A stretch of 61,024 nt of DNA, filler included, from Dugesia japonica (Eukaryota): NCBI GenBank assembly GCA_001938525.1. It is 6 parts of 6 records of this genome, joined end to end, with 100 filler letters (N's around TTAATTAATTAA, not from the genome) between each part and the next. Parts side by side here need not be neighbours in the genome. Positions count along the whole stretch, not along the records: positions 19,716 to 29,023 come from MQRL01503684.1; positions 29,124 to 40,728 come from MQRL01554023.1; 4 more parts are not named here. One strand, given 5' to 3'. The stretch's first letter is position 1; each line of letters opens with the position of its first letter. Under the pieces are notes generated by a model. It made no database searches, was not told the DNA's origin, and saw nothing but the letters and a program-made list of their open reading frames with translations. The position numbers and the translations under genes were made by a program. Below are positions 24,501 to 38,703 of this stretch, piece by piece.

Positions 24501-27431
24501 ATTTCATTTCAAATACACAATTTAATCAGAAAATTCTGTGAAACTGTTTGTGTTTATTAATTCAAGAAATCATTGAAAACATTTTCAAAATAAAATATAA
24601 AAGTTGCATAGATGTGAAGCAAATAAACATATTAAGACAAAATATTACAATTATACCATTTATAATAGCAAACTGGAATTATTTTAGTGTTTTATTAATT
24701 GGATTTTTATTCACTTACTAGTTAATATAATAAATCGTTTGAGGCACGGTGGTATTAAAAATGTCCCACCTTTTTGATTCGTAAAAATGCAATAAACTTA
24801 ATTGAATTATTATTATTTCTTTTATATTATGATACTCCTTTATTAATAATAATTTATTAAAATTTATTAATTATTATTTTTTTAAAATTCTGTGCATCAA
24901 CGGGTTAACACGAATACTTTTTAATTGTACGATTACTTAACTATTTAATCTAGATTTTTAACAGTTGTGTAAAACTACATTTCAATACTTATGCATAACA
25001 TGTTATAACATATCACCAACAATCTCAGTCTCTCAACTAAATTTTGTCGATCTAGCATCGTCTCGATTATTATCAACATTTACACAACCAGAATTCAAAA
25101 AGTTTTCCAATCATTAGTTTATGCTTATCATTAGAATAAGTTAATTTAAACGTTAATTTGATTTATGAAATATTATNNNNNNNNNNNNNNNNNNNNNNNN
25201 NNNNNNNNNNNNNNNNNNNNNNNNNNNNNNNNNNNNNNNNNNNNNNNNNNNNNNNNNNNNNNNNNNNNNNNNNNNNNNNNNNNNNNNNNNNNNNNNNNNN
25301 NNNNNNNNNNNNNNNNNNNNNNNATAATAATAATAATGATAATAATAATAATCAAAATAAATAAAGCGACACACATGCAAAAGATATAAAATTATAAATC
25401 AAATGCCGTGTTAGTGATAAAATAATATTGCAAGAATAGCGATATATAGAATAAACTCACAGTTTGTTTTTCCTGGAAAAATAAATAATTAAGTACAATA
25501 ATAACAATAGTATATTACTAAAATGTAATAAAATATTTACTTGGCTTGATTAGCTATATAATAATAATATTTGTAAACCTACGGAAAAATTAATTAATTA
25601 ATGTATAATTAATTAATGTATACTTCAATTAATTTATAATTTGTTATACATTAATCTTTATATTATTATTTGTCATAAATAAAAACAAAGGTGATAAAAA
25701 TCAAAGATTATTCATTTACTCCAATACTTCTATAAAATGACAGCATTTCTCACAGAGAACGCGCTTGTGTCTATCCAAAAATTGGCATTAAATGAAAATA
25801 TTAATAGTGTATGAAAACATTTATTTATTATATAAGAAGTGCAAGATCTAAACATTTTCATATAAAACATTAGATCAGAGATATAAACAAAGTGCTCGTT
25901 ATCGTTGGAAAATACAGTACTATATTATCTATAAAGTGATAACTAATTTTGTTAAAAAACTAATGTTAATAATTTTATAGTAATTCTAGGAGTGAGAAAA
26001 GATATTTTAATGCTAATTTGAATAAATATACCTCGATTCTAGCCGCGTTTTGCATTTTTTCTAAAATTTCAGCTTTTTCGTCTGATGGATATAAATTTGG
26101 AACATCACCTGTATTAAGAAGCATGGAAACATCTTCCATAAATGACTCTTGTTTTATTTGATTGTCAGAGAAAAGAAAAACTAATGGTTTAGCATCACAA
26201 CCTGCTTTAATTAATAATTTCTTTAAGTCATCTCTCCATTCATTTTGTCCATAGTTTCTAGTTATTTCTATAATAAATAATTCATAGTCAGCCATAAAAG
26301 CTGCCATTTTAGTTGCACTTTGTCTGCCACTTCCTCCAATACCTATAAAAATAAATAATTATATTATATTAATTATATATAACTGTTAATATATAAATAT
26401 ATTTGTTTTCCATCAATCAGTCATTTCTCGGTGAACGCAATAGAAAATACTATTCATATTTATTTGTAGATAATATTATTAATTATATACAGGGTGTTTA
26501 TTATGTATGTTAACATATTTCAATTTTAAATATTCTAATAAATAAGAAAGATAAAGTCAGTAATAGTTTATTTTTGAAGAAAATTTATTTTAAAGAAATA
26601 CCATATTTGATTGCATTACACCCGTCTACTGGGGGAGAGGAATTAGGACCATCAAAGAATTAAGGCCGACCACGTATTAATTCTTAATTTTTGGTTGGTC
26701 TTAATTCCTTATCCCTATTATATAAACAATTATCAAAGTCATCTTTGCCGAGTTAAATTATTGTGATCGGTTTAAATGAGTAAAAGTCTGCCTTTTTAAC
26801 GACATTAGAGTAACTGCTAAAATTTTTGTCCGGTTCGAAAGCGCACCCCGAAGGGATAAATTGTCCAATCATTTCTCAAACCTTTTGGATAACTTCCTTT
26901 GTTGCAATCTTAAAAGTTCGGTGTGATTTCATTTCTTCTTCCAAAATGCTGGTTTCCTTGAACTTATCAACGATTTTTTATCGTTTGTCTAATTGGTAGT
27001 GTAGTAATAAAATTATGTTTCCACTTCCTGATCAACTCTGAGAATCCTAAAATTTGGTATTTCAGAAAATAATTTGAATTCTTTCTTCAATAGAAAGTTG
27101 GATANTCATTGTTTTTAAAAAATAACAAAATTTATAATTAATCCATATAAGTAAATTATTAATATCTGATTCTAATTCCTTGCAATTTGAAATGAAAGTA
27201 CGTAAACATATAGTATTATAGTAAACACCATATTACACTAGGATTTATTTTACTCGTGTCCTTTATGACATGTTACGGGATAGTAGTAAATAAAGAAATT
27301 AACTCAATCAAACTATTTAATTGTTAACAAATATATTAATTATAATTTTTAATATTTAATAGATCATTTATGAAATTTTGTTATGTACTTAATTGAGCCT
27401 ATTTTTATGATAGATATATTTAGTGGTTAGC

Positions 27432-27469
<38 letters not shown>

Positions 27470-27903
27470 AAAACAATTCATTTGTATACCATTTCATTCA
27501 GACATAAAAAATAATAATTTAGTTATTTACCAACTAAGAGTGCATGACCATTATCTTGTTTCATTACTCGACAAACTCTTGAAATATGCTCCATCGCAAA
27601 CTGAAACATGACTAAACTCATAGGAGCTTTACTAATTGCATTGTATTCATCAAGATATCCTTCCATTCGTTTTGCAAGATCTTTGATATTTGTAATTTCA
27701 TCATAGATTTTATCATCAGTCATATAATCCCCGAAAATCAATCCTCGAACATCCTCATCTACAACTTTACCACTCAAACTTAAATGGCCAAGAATCTTTT
27801 CTATGTTTGTTTTGAAACAATCTGCAGTTGTTAACTTTACAATATCAAAAAATTTCAAACGATCTTCTTCCATTGTTAAACGATCATAGAAAACCCGATA
27901 AAC
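21572..27903 (-). CDS. DNAH3: Axonemal inner-arm dynein heavy chain, partial (AAA3 end, AAA4, stalk/MTBD). Exons 27903-27531, 26342-26032, 24162-23995, 23950-23817, 23763-23337, 22238-21828, 21784-21572
   Basis: [34 protein letters not shown]|[84 protein letters not shown] boundaries keep the frame. DNAH3 versus DNAH7/12 is judged by resemblance only. Confidence 0.9.
26490..27228 (-). mobile_element. Mariner-like relic in a dynein intron, with a small nested palindromic insert (26632-26716)
   Basis: TA|CAGGGTGTTTA end. Reverse translation [10 protein letters not shown]...IVDKFKETS resembles a mariner HTH. Confidence 0.55.
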
Positions 27904-30559
27904 CTTAATTTAAAGAAAATCAATAATTGTTTTTGAAATAAAAAAAAATTTCCATTAAGATTTGTTGTAAATAAATTTTTATTCATTAATTCAATACTTG
28001 CATATACAACCTTTTATAGTTTAATTAAACATTAATTAAGTGCAGGTGTGTTGTTACAATCCGAGAATTACAGAAAATTTTCTAAAACATAGAATTTCTA
28101 AAAGTTCCGAAAATTAGAAAAAATCTCAAACAACAAAGGATATGATATAGCAATTATGAGTAAGCATCATCTTATTCAATATTTTATTAAAAGAATACAA
28201 ATTAGTAGTGACGATGAAAAATTATTATTTAATAATAATGTGCAATATTTCTTATCAATAATTGTTTAAAATAATTATTTTCTGTAAATTTTCATATTAA
28301 TTTAAATCAAGTTTTAAATCTTAATTTTCAATTTGTGAAAAATAATTTCCAATTAGAGCATGAAGTTTTAATTTGTTTAAATAAACAAATAATGATGGTT
28401 ATAGTTTTTCTTTGAATAAAGATTGTAATGAATTCGAGTTCTGATGTTGATAATCCGACGAGTTTTCCAAACTCATCTAACAGTGTTTAAATAGTTTATT
28501 TTTATGTAAATAATTTATATTGTGTACTTTTTTACAAAAAAAAATTAATGTATTCAGTAGCATAATCAGAACCTTCAGTACCAGGAAAAGTTTATTAATT
28601 TTGATTTTCATGTTTTGGCCAAAATATGTGACTGGACTGATTATTCAATGGTCCAACTTAGCGGCTTTCACTTCAATTTATTATAAACCAGAACCGTTGC
28701 CAAAATGCTTTATAATCTNTTTTTATATTTAAAACTAATAATTCATATTTTCCATTGTTAAGACTTTATCATATTTATTAACTTTTCGGTTTTTGCCGTA
28801 ATCGGCATAATTTTAAATTTCCTACACGTCAGTATTTTGCTTCACAATATGAATTTTCAAAAATTGGATTCCAAAAATTCCGACTCAATTGTAACAAATG
28901 CCTTAAATTTTTCTTACATTCAAGGGGCCACAAAATATTTATATAAAGAAAATTTCATGGATTCATCAATTTTTTACCATTCTCAATTCTATTTTTTTCT
29001 TTTCTTACAAATTATTTGAAGCANNNNNNNNNNNNNNNNNNNNNNNNNNNNNNNNNNNNNNNNNNNNTTAATTAATTAANNNNNNNNNNNNNNNNNNNNN
29101 NNNNNNNNNNNNNNNNNNNNNNNAAAAATCACCAATCTTTATCCTTGATTAAATAAATTGAAAAAGCTATTACTTTAAATTAGTTGGTCCCTGAGAAAAT
29201 TTGTAAGTATGAAATGGATAACATTAAATTTGAAATAAATTAATTGTATGTATGAAACTAATCATGAAAAATTTAATTCATCATTAATTAATAGTCATCA
29301 AGTTAATCGTAAAGGAAACAATAAAATTATAATTAAATTCNNNNNNNNNNNNNNNNNNNNNNNNNNNNNNNNNNNNNNNNNNNNNNNNNNNNNNNNNNNN
29401 NNNNNNNNNNNNNNNNNNNNNNNNNNNNNNNNNNNNNNNNNNNNNNNNNNNNNNNNNNNNNNNNNNNNNNNNNNNNNNNNNNNNNNNNNNNNNNNNNNNN
29501 NNNNNNNNNNNNNNNNNNNNNNNNNNNNNNNNNNTAACTCCTTTATGTGATAATTTATTCACAAATATTGGTTTTCTCACTGTTCACAGGTCTTCAATGA
29601 TCAGTGCTCTGATCACTAGTCCTCAGACATCAAAACTCTGCAAGCTGTGCACTGGTCATAAGAGATCTGACCACTGTACACTAGTTTTCAGTAATCAATA
29701 CTCTGCTCAATGGGCACTGATCTTGAGTTGTCGGTGGTTTTCTCGTTCTTCACAGGTCTTTACTCTTTACTAATTTTCTCACTCTTTGCTAGTCTCGNTT
29801 TTTATTGATCTTAAATGTACTGTTTGGTTAATTTTAAAACTTCATAAATGTTAGATTAATTATTTTACTTTGATTGAATAAAATTTCTATTTCAGGATTT
29901 AATTAATTAATTTGAAATGTTAATAATAGGTTTGTGAATAATTGGTTAGAATTTTAATGATTGAATAAATTTAAATGTTACAAGCAGATATTCAATTGGT
30001 AAGTTAATTAATAAGAAGAAGTTATATATATTAAGTTGAAAATATGTGAACAATTAACCAGTTATTGGTTGTAAGGTGTATATTCAGTGTGAATTATAGG
30101 CATAACTATAAGAATAAGCGATGAATAGATTAAGCCATTAACTGAATAATCAATAGTTTAATGATTACAACGAGTATTGTGTATGGTAACATTTAATTAT
30201 AGCGAGTTTTATGTATTAAGACTTGATAAAAGCGAATATTGTGTATGTTAATACTTACTGATAGTGAGTATTGCGTATGTTAATAAAATATAAAATAGAA
30301 TATCCTCACCAAAAGGATATCAGAAACCCAAAATGAAAATGGAACGGAAACGACCACCAAAGTGGAATCAGCCACCCACCAACCAACAGACTCAACTACC
30401 GTCGCACAGAGGTAAGCAATATAACTCAAACCAAGGTCGTCGAAAAACCACCAGTACACCCATCATGGTAAGAGCCTATTGAATAAGGTTTTAGGAGAGG
30501 GAATCAAGATGGAAGAAGAAAAAAACAACATAATACAAGTCAAATCCCTTCAGATGTAG

Positions 30560-33500
30560 TATGCGCAAGTCTTGGTGGCGGACCATTATTAACGATTATG
30601 GTTAAAATCAACGGTAGACCTACAACGGCCTTGTTAAATACAGGAGCAAGAATTTCGTTATTATCAATAGAGAAAATCGCTATAACGGAATATAAAAACA
30701 TACTGCCCACCAACACTACGGCAGATGTGGCGAACTGTAGTAGTCTTAAAATTTCTGGGGAGCTACCTTGCAAAGTAGAATATTTGGACAATAAAATTAA
30801 ACAAAATATGATAGTAGTCGAGATAGCAGGACAGTGTATTTTGGGCACAGACATTCTTCCAACTCTGATGAAAAATACAAAATATATTGTTGAAAAAATA
30901 AAATATTAAACTTCTCAAAATTATGGTTGCAATCACTGGAGGGATATACTCATGTTAAAGATCACGAGGTATTCACAACAGAAGAAATATTGGTGCCAAG
31001 CCGATGCCACGTATATTGTGTAGTAAGCACCAAAAGTGCATACGAAGGAGATGGCTATTTTGAACCTTATGATGGATTGGCACAACAATATGAGTTGCTC
31101 ACAGCAGGGGGAATAACCACGGTCAACAAAAGTGGAGAGGTACCTGTTAGTTTAATCAACTTCACCGAAAAGAATATCATAATCAAACCGAATTCCAAAA
31201 TGGGTACGCTAACCCTCATCAAACAAGAAACCGACGAGATAGAAGAAATAATCGTCGAACTAGTAATAGATAGGACATTTTAAGTGGAAACCGAAACACT
31301 ATCGGATGACCAAAACCAAGCAATTCTACAGTTGTTAGAAGAATTTCGGGATATTTTCCATGGACTGATGAGGAACTAGGTATGTTTACTGCTACAATGC
31401 ACACAACTCCGTTAACAGACGAAAACCAAAGTAAACAGAAACCATATGCAATGACTGTGAAAAAAAAGGAATTTGCAAACAAGAAAAAAGCTAAGCTGGT
31501 GAAAATTGGGTTGATAGAAGCTAGCTGCTCACCATGGCAGTCACCAGTAGTATTAGTTGATAAGAAAGACGGGACACAACGATTTTGCATTTATTATAGA
31601 AGGCTGAAGGCACAAACTAAACAGGACACGTATCCGTTGCCAGACATCAATGAACTACTACAATTATTGTGTGATACCAAAATATTCACTACACTGGACA
31701 TACGAAGCGGTTATTGGCAAATCCAGATTAAACCAGCAGATAAAGAGAAAACAGCTTTTTCCACAGGCAAGGATTTATACCAATTCATACGCATACCGTT
31801 CAGACTCACTGATGCACCTGCCTCATAACAACGAATGATGAATTATGTAACCTATGGCATATCTCAATGTATGACATATATTGAAGATTTACTGATATAC
31901 TCGCCAACGTTTGAAGGACATCTCAATGATTTGCATAGTGTGTTTATTCGATTACGTAAATGGAATTTGAAAGTGAAACCCACTAAATGTGAATGAGCCA
32001 AGAATAAAGTAAAGTATTTTTGTCACTTAATCTCCGACAAAGGGAAGGAACCGGATCCAAGAAATACCGAGAAAATCAGGAATCTCGCACCTCCAAACTG
32101 TGTGCTCAAAATACAAGAGTTTTTAGGCCTCGCAAATTATTATCGGAAATTTATCAAAGATTTCGCTAAAATTGCTAAACCAATTCAGGAACTGGTCAAA
32201 CAGGATACCGCATTCATATAGGGGCCGGAGCAGCAACAATCATTTGAGACAGTGAGGAACAAATTATTAACTCCACCAATTCTGGTGCATTCGGATATAA
32301 AAAAACCATTAGCCACTGACACTAGTGGTTACGCGATGGGTGCTGTGTTAAACCAATTGGATCAACAAGGTAGAGAAAGAGTGATAGCATATTTTAGTCA
32401 GAAATTTCAAGGGTCAGAGTTAAATTACAGCACTACAGAACGAGAAATAATGGCTATTGTTAAGGTCACTAAGCATTTCCGATCACTCATACATGATCAC
32501 GAGGTGTTAATCTATACGGATCATCTGCCAATCACATTTATGGATCAAAAACCGTTACGATGGAATAGAATGGCGAAATGGCAACTGGCAATGCAAGATT
32601 ATTGCCCATTGTTAAAATTTAAAACCGGTAAAGCAAACGCGAATGCAGATTGCATTTCAAGAATAGGCGGACCGGAAAATGCGGAAACTACATCGGACGA
32701 CACGGAAACTTTCACATTACGCGATTTACTAGAGAAAAAAGTGGGAATGGTATATTTTATATTAGCCGAAGATCAAAATTTCAAGGGATTGAAACAAGCA
32801 CAGTCAGAGGAGGAGGAAATACAGATCATTGCGAAATATATGGAAAATTACAACCTAAAGAAACAGGAATGCGAACCTAAAATGAAGGAGCATTTACAGA
32901 AGAATGGTGGGCGTTATGCTTTCACTAAAGGCTGGTTAACAGCTCAGAATTGGGAAAATACCGTGTTAGTTATTCCAAAATCCAGGCGACATAAATTGCT
33001 GGAACAATATCATAATGGAGTATTGGAGAGACACATGTTACATAAAAAGACTGAGTCAAAATTACTGCAGAAATACTACTGGCCACACATGACAGAATCA
33101 GTAAAAAAATGGATCACCAAATGTCAAATATGTGCTGCCAGGAGAGGAACGGGCAAGCGAGTAAAGGCATTACTAAAACCCATTGCAGTACCAGCAACAC
33201 CTATGTAAATAATAGCCATGGATGTAGTTGGACCATTGCCACCGACACTATGCAGAAATATTTACATACTTACTATCATCCATAAACATACGGACGATTT
33301 AATGAAACATTGATCAATATGCTGTCTAGTTATGCACAAAAGGAACAGAATAATTGTGATAAACATATTCAACTATGTCTTTTTGCATATCGAATGAGTG
33401 GGCATCCAGCTACTAAATACACCCTATTTGAACTTATGTATGGCAGAGAATGCAACATGTCAATCGATTTGGAATTCAAACTTCTTATAACTCAATACAA

Positions 33501-34017
33501 AGATGAAACGGATTTCGCAGCAAATTTCAAAGAAACTATGCAGAAAATCTTGAAACAAGCCAAAGAAAATGTAGGCTTCTACCAAGAAAGTTGCAAAGAT
33601 TTGCATGATAAAACCGCAGTTCAACATGCATATAAGAAGGGCGACATGGTATTAATCAATTTACGGTATATTTACGTCAGTACTACGTCAAAATTAAAGA
33701 AGCCTTGGCAAGGGTCATATGAAGTAATCGAGGTAACTAAAATTAACCTCAAAGTTCGGAAAAAAGGAAATCTCTTAGAGAAACCTAAAATCTACAACGT
33801 CAACTTATGTAAAAAGGTCGCAACAACGGATGAAATTACTCCAGCCACAACTGCTGCACCAACTACGTCAGAACATAGAAGACCAGATAGACCACGTAAG
33901 TCAAAAGATAAGGAAGTAAACACCTCGCACAGTTACCCATTACGATCACAACAAGCTATGATGATACTCGGAAAATTATCAACACCAGTATTCGTACTAG
34001 GTCAGTTAAGTCAGTGA
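30560..34017 (+). pseudogene. Gypsy pol: protease, RT, RNase H, integrase (core largely deleted near 33275)
   Basis: ALLNTGA (PR); SPWQSPVVLVDKKDGTQRFCIYYRRL, LDIRSGYWQI, YIED (RT); TDTSGYAMGAVL, YSTTERE, YTDHLP (RH); H..H..YYWPHM..CQIC (IN zinc finger); KPWQGSY. Confidence 0.92.
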
Positions 34018-37000
34018 GTTAAAGAATTGGACACTACAACGCTGTATCCTATAATTCCAAGAGAAACACAGACAACAGTAGCAGAAAATAATTGTGCCAA
34101 CTTTTCTTGGGTGACATGCCTAATCTCACTAACATTAATCGAAGCGAGTTGTCTTACCTGTATAAGGAAGATGCAAACAGTTCTGAAATCGACATTATGC
34201 AGCGTCTCCGCATGAAGACTGTGGTTGTTACACCAAGATGAATTTAGTAGAAAACGATGTAAGAAAATACATGATGAACTGTCAATTCAAGCACTATTAG
34301 AGCAAGACGTAATTAACTCCTTATGTGAACCCTGCGTTGGAATTTATTGGAAATTAAAAGTGGTTATACAACTAGAAGATGAGGAAATGACAGAAACAGA
34401 ATTGCAGAAGAAAACTAGATTGCTGAAAAATGGTGTTTTAAAATATGCGGATAAACGAAGAAAGCCTAGGAAAGTGAAAGATAGTCCGATTTTATATCAG
34501 GATTTTCATGCCAAAACCGGCAAGGAAAACGCCGAAACCCTAAATACTGCACTATCCACCAAGGAACTAAAACCTTCGAATATTATAGGTATACCTAAAA
34601 TAGCAGAGACACCAAATACTAATCATCTGTCTCAAGCTCAAATGACATTATCTATGATTAATAATAGATCAATCATTGCATTAAAAATAAAACATTAAAA
34701 CTGTATCTTTTGGTTCAGATAATCAAATGCGGCGACCACTTGTAATCAAGGCTATGAACGCCACTATGATCTTTACCATCACATGCCATGGAAGCCGGAA
34801 AACAAGATCCAAAAATGGTTGTATTCATATTACACGCATAACATGTCCCTTCTCAGCATTACAACTGAAGGAGAATTGTCTGCAATGTATTAAGCGAACA
34901 CAAATTATATTTAAAAAAATGCACTAAAGGCCATTTACGAACAACGAGCATGGCTAGTTAGACCAGAAAATTGGTTTAGGAAAGACTGTGAGGGATCACG
35001 AATTAAAATACCAATTCAAGCACCCATTCGTCAATCTGTCATAAAAAATTATGTATGCCATGCACGGATATTTACAGCGATAAATTATTAGCATCCATTC
35101 ATGTATTTCACCGTGCACTGGTGCAATTGAACTGGATAAGAGTTTATGAACCTTTGAAGATTCAATTACCATGGGAAATGGTAGGATCACCCAGTCAAAG
35201 AAAATACAAGCTAAAAAATATGGCGAAATTGGACGTAAAATCAGATAAACTAACTCCCAGAGAACCGTAATTGAACAATATCGAGAACACCCAGGAAGGA
35301 ATACAAAAGCGAGTGAAAATAATAGAAAAGTCATTCAATGAACAATGAAATAAAATGGATGGAAAAGAGAAACAACTAGCCAACATAGCCTTAGGAGAAA
35401 TGGAAAGAATGAATATGACGGTAGTATATAATGAGACAGAACAAGCGGAGGAAGAAACACAAGAAAACAAGAGTATAATTACAATGGAAGTAATAATCAA
35501 AGTGGCTTTGTTGTTATGGGCAGTAATCAACACAAGTTGCGATTTTGGCATATTAATTTGGTTGACCCTGAAACTCATCAAAAATATGGGGAAAGGCTAC
35601 CAAACATCAATTATAATTTATGAAGTAGTGGGAATAATCTTACTATGATTAGCATTACCAGCATTGGCAACTCATCAAATACAGAATTTCAACCAGAATA
35701 AAATCCCTAACGGACAAATTATACTTATAATTTTAATTATGATAACGAAAGGAGGTAAAAGTCAAGACTGTTGGACCAACTTGGCAATATGAACAGAACA
35801 TAGGATATTTGTCGAGGATAGCAAAACAAGAATTAGGACAATGAGTACAGATGGACGAAACCGTAAGGTAAAAGTTCACGAGGGATACGGTCATGAATCA
35901 ATACTCCTAAAGCCCACAATCATGGGAACAAAAGAAATCAGGATATTATTAACCTGGCATAAGTAGACGGCAAGGTTATGGTTCAGAGTAGATATACCAG
36001 TAGAGGGTCAGGAAATGCACAAAACATTGGTGGATGCATTCAGCATAATAATTTCAAGAGAAGTGCCGCAAAGGCTACAGCGAATACGAACAAGAAATAC
36101 AATTCGACATACAAATTGCGCGCAACTTCTTAATCTACTATATAGTGGATAAACAACAACAAAGAGGATGGACTTGGAAAAGGAAAGGGAGATGAGAGCT
36201 TGAAAATTTATCAAAAGAATGAATACATATTTCATATACAATTTTGGAAAAATGTATTTAAGGAAACAACGGGAGAAGATAGAAAACAGAGATTTATGGA
36301 ACAAAAAAGTATAGCTATTAACCGAGAAAAGGATTCAACACAATAACTGAATATTCTTTTGACAAATGGGGATCCCATTGGCAGGAAGAACCAGGACCAG
36401 TACAGATCAGAAAAATGAATAACACTTATCACTTGAGAATTAACGAGAAAATGGAACAATTGACAGCACAGAAATATTACTCGCTCATTCAATGGGCATG
36501 GTGTTACAACGAGGAGGTAGCGAGATTTAAAGAAAATGCGTTGCAAGAGCAAGGAGTAAATATGGGTAGTTTCGGCCCAGAAATGTAGGAATGAAATTCA
36601 CTACAGCCATAAATCGTGATATAATAATAAAATCAAACACCACCAGACCAAAGGTTAAAGAGGTTACGATTACAGAAAAAACCACCACAACAACAGCGGA
36701 AACTCAAAAACCAACTACGTTAGTCAACGAGGAAAGAGAAACAAAAAGAGCAAACTTCTTAAACAATTTAATGATAAACTTGCGGAATTACAAGCCAAAG
36801 GAGGACCATGTGATGGGATGAATGGGCCTACCACAGTAAAGGAATCAATTACTACACTCTAACCGACAAAAAATGGGATAGATTATATAGTAACAATAGG
36901 GAGTGTGTCAATAGTGGTATTTGTATTAATAACGATATATTTGCAATTCTGTAAACGAGCGAAACCCAAACGAAAGAAACATATCCGAAGTAGAAGAAAA

Positions 37001-37117
37001 CGACATCTACCGATAGCCCCACCAATCTACGAAGGATTACCACTTCGGGTGATATCGAACAAATTATCCACATATGTGCCTAGACCCTATCAGGCACCGG
37101 GGGTAATGACTTGCTGA
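33958..37117 (+). pseudogene. Post-integrase env-like membrane/glycoprotein region, decayed
   Basis: Cys-rich segments (34100-35060), hydrophobic helices near 35490-35750, Thr-rich stalk at 36591, and TM VSIVVFVLITIYLQFC followed by a basic tail with PPIY. Confidence 0.5.
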
Positions 37118-37230
37118 ACAAACATTAAATCTGTGTAAATAGTGTAAATTATGATGAAAACAATTACATAATGACTATATAAACATGTAATTATAATGAG
37201 GTATTAATTAAATTTTCACATTCAGACAAA

Positions 37231-37800
37231 ATGAGTGTTATCGAAAATGAAAATGAATATTCAAATATGAGTACAAATGAAGTGATGGATTCGCAAAGTG
37301 ACACAGAAAGCTCAAGTACAACAAGCCATATATGTAGTAGTCATGCAAGAAGCCTTACCCGAATAAGCAATAATTATAATACCCTTTCACAAGTGACGAT
37401 AAATGAAATATGGAAAAATCATAATGAAGAAATGAAAGAACTATGGGATAGGGCTCAAATCCAAACTCATTAGACACAACAACGATTGGAAGTGTTGGAG
37501 CATAGCCAAAATCAATTACTCAAAACTATAATACACACGAAACCTCAAGATTTGAATGAGCTGGAGTTTAAAAACAAAGTCCTACAGTTGCAAAACGAGA
37601 ATCTATATGCAGAAACCCTTATGTGTCGGCAACAAATAGTAGAAAATCGACGAATGTTGGAAACCACTACAGAAAAACAGAATTATGCAATGGAATTATT
37701 AGCCAGACAACATGACCTAATTTCTAATAAGACAAGAGAACTAAAGGAGTAGTAGCCTCACAAAAATGGAAAATCGAGACACTCAACATGGAGTGCTCGC
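37231..37800 (+). pseudogene. Accessory coiled-coil ORF of the Gypsy element
   Basis: Ser-rich N-terminus, then heptad-rich LEFKNKVLQLQNENLYAE.... One in-frame stop. TTCAG acceptor just upstream. Confidence 0.55.
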
Positions 37801-38217
37801 ACTCAAGTCAGCTTTGTCTAAAAATTTAAGAGAGAGTGGAAGTTAAAAAAAATATATATAATAATATATAAAATATATACATAAAATAATAGATACCTAG
37901 TAACTATATACGTATTCGAGTAAATATAGAAACTCACGAAAAATAGTAAATAAACTGAAAATTAAAATAATTGTAAATAAATAGTATTGTATAACCAGAA
38001 ACAATCATGCATATAATTTTAGATAATAGAATTCGATCTGGAACTATCAATAAATGAGGCCAGACTAATAATGAATGATCTGGATATTGAATTATATTGT
38101 ATGAGCCAAGGTCGAGAATAAGTCAAGCAAAGTCCAATAGTGCAAAACGTAATGCACTACTGAAATAGTTTTTGGTCACCAGAAAATTTTATACGACGGA
38201 AAGTGTAGTACAGTGTA

Positions 38218-38703
38218 ATGAAAGTTTTCGACTATAAATATCGAGATGAAGGTATACAAACAAAATCCTTATTCGAGTTACCCAAGTACCTGCATGGACT
38301 CATTGAGGATATAGCCAGATCTGGATTTTATTTCGCCGGTACCTCAGAACGGCCGGATAAAGTAAAATGTATATATTGCCAAGGAAACCTGTACAAATGG
38401 AGCATAAACGATAAACCTAACAGAGATCACAAGAAATGGTTTCCTACATGTCCTTTTCTGTTAAATTTAGATGTAAATAATAAAACAAAACCAAGCAAAG
38501 GCAGAAAATCAGAAATTGAAAAATTAACTTCAGAACCGAAAAAAATATATTTCAAAATCATAAAAAATCGAGCAGAAGTACCATTACCCGATGATATAGA
38601 ATGGAATATCGAAGCTAGAGAAGAAACCTTTCATAAGGCACTGGACTTAATAGAAAAGGCAATGGAAGGATTAAATAAAACGGGGAGTGATTTGTTGGGG
38701 TGA
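38218..38703 (+). CDS. BIR-domain (inhibitor-of-apoptosis-like) protein carried by the retrotransposon
   Basis: IARSGFYFAG...DKVKCIYCQGNLYKWSINDKPNRDHKKWFPTCPFL, the canonical BIR CX2C-X16-H-X6-C pattern. Confidence 0.9.
   Translation: MKVFDYKYRDEGIQTKSLFELPKYLHGLIEDIARSGFYFAGTSERPDKVKCIYCQGNLYKWSINDKPNRDHKKWFPTCPFLLNLDVNNKTKPSKGRKSEIEKLTSEPKKIYFKIIKNRAEVPLPDDIEWNIEAREETFHKALDLIEKAMEGLNKTGSDLLG
38673..38692 (+). promoter_or_regulatory. Polypurine tract
   Basis: AAATAAAACGGGGAGTGATT immediately before the LTR start TGTTGGGG. Confidence 0.65.

Noticed and set aside
25153-25389. ORF-track entries full of X/N/I (also 10233, 29248, 48154, 60717)
   Set aside because: Artefacts of N gaps and (AAT)n microsatellites.
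19716-29023. Dynein gene as cargo of the neighbouring Polinton or Gypsy
   Set aside because: An ordinary intron-containing host gene on its own contig, bounded by linkers.
30927-31283. dUTPase in the Gypsy pol
   Set aside because: No dUTPase catalytic motifs. It matches the common PR-RT spacer domain of Gypsy elements.
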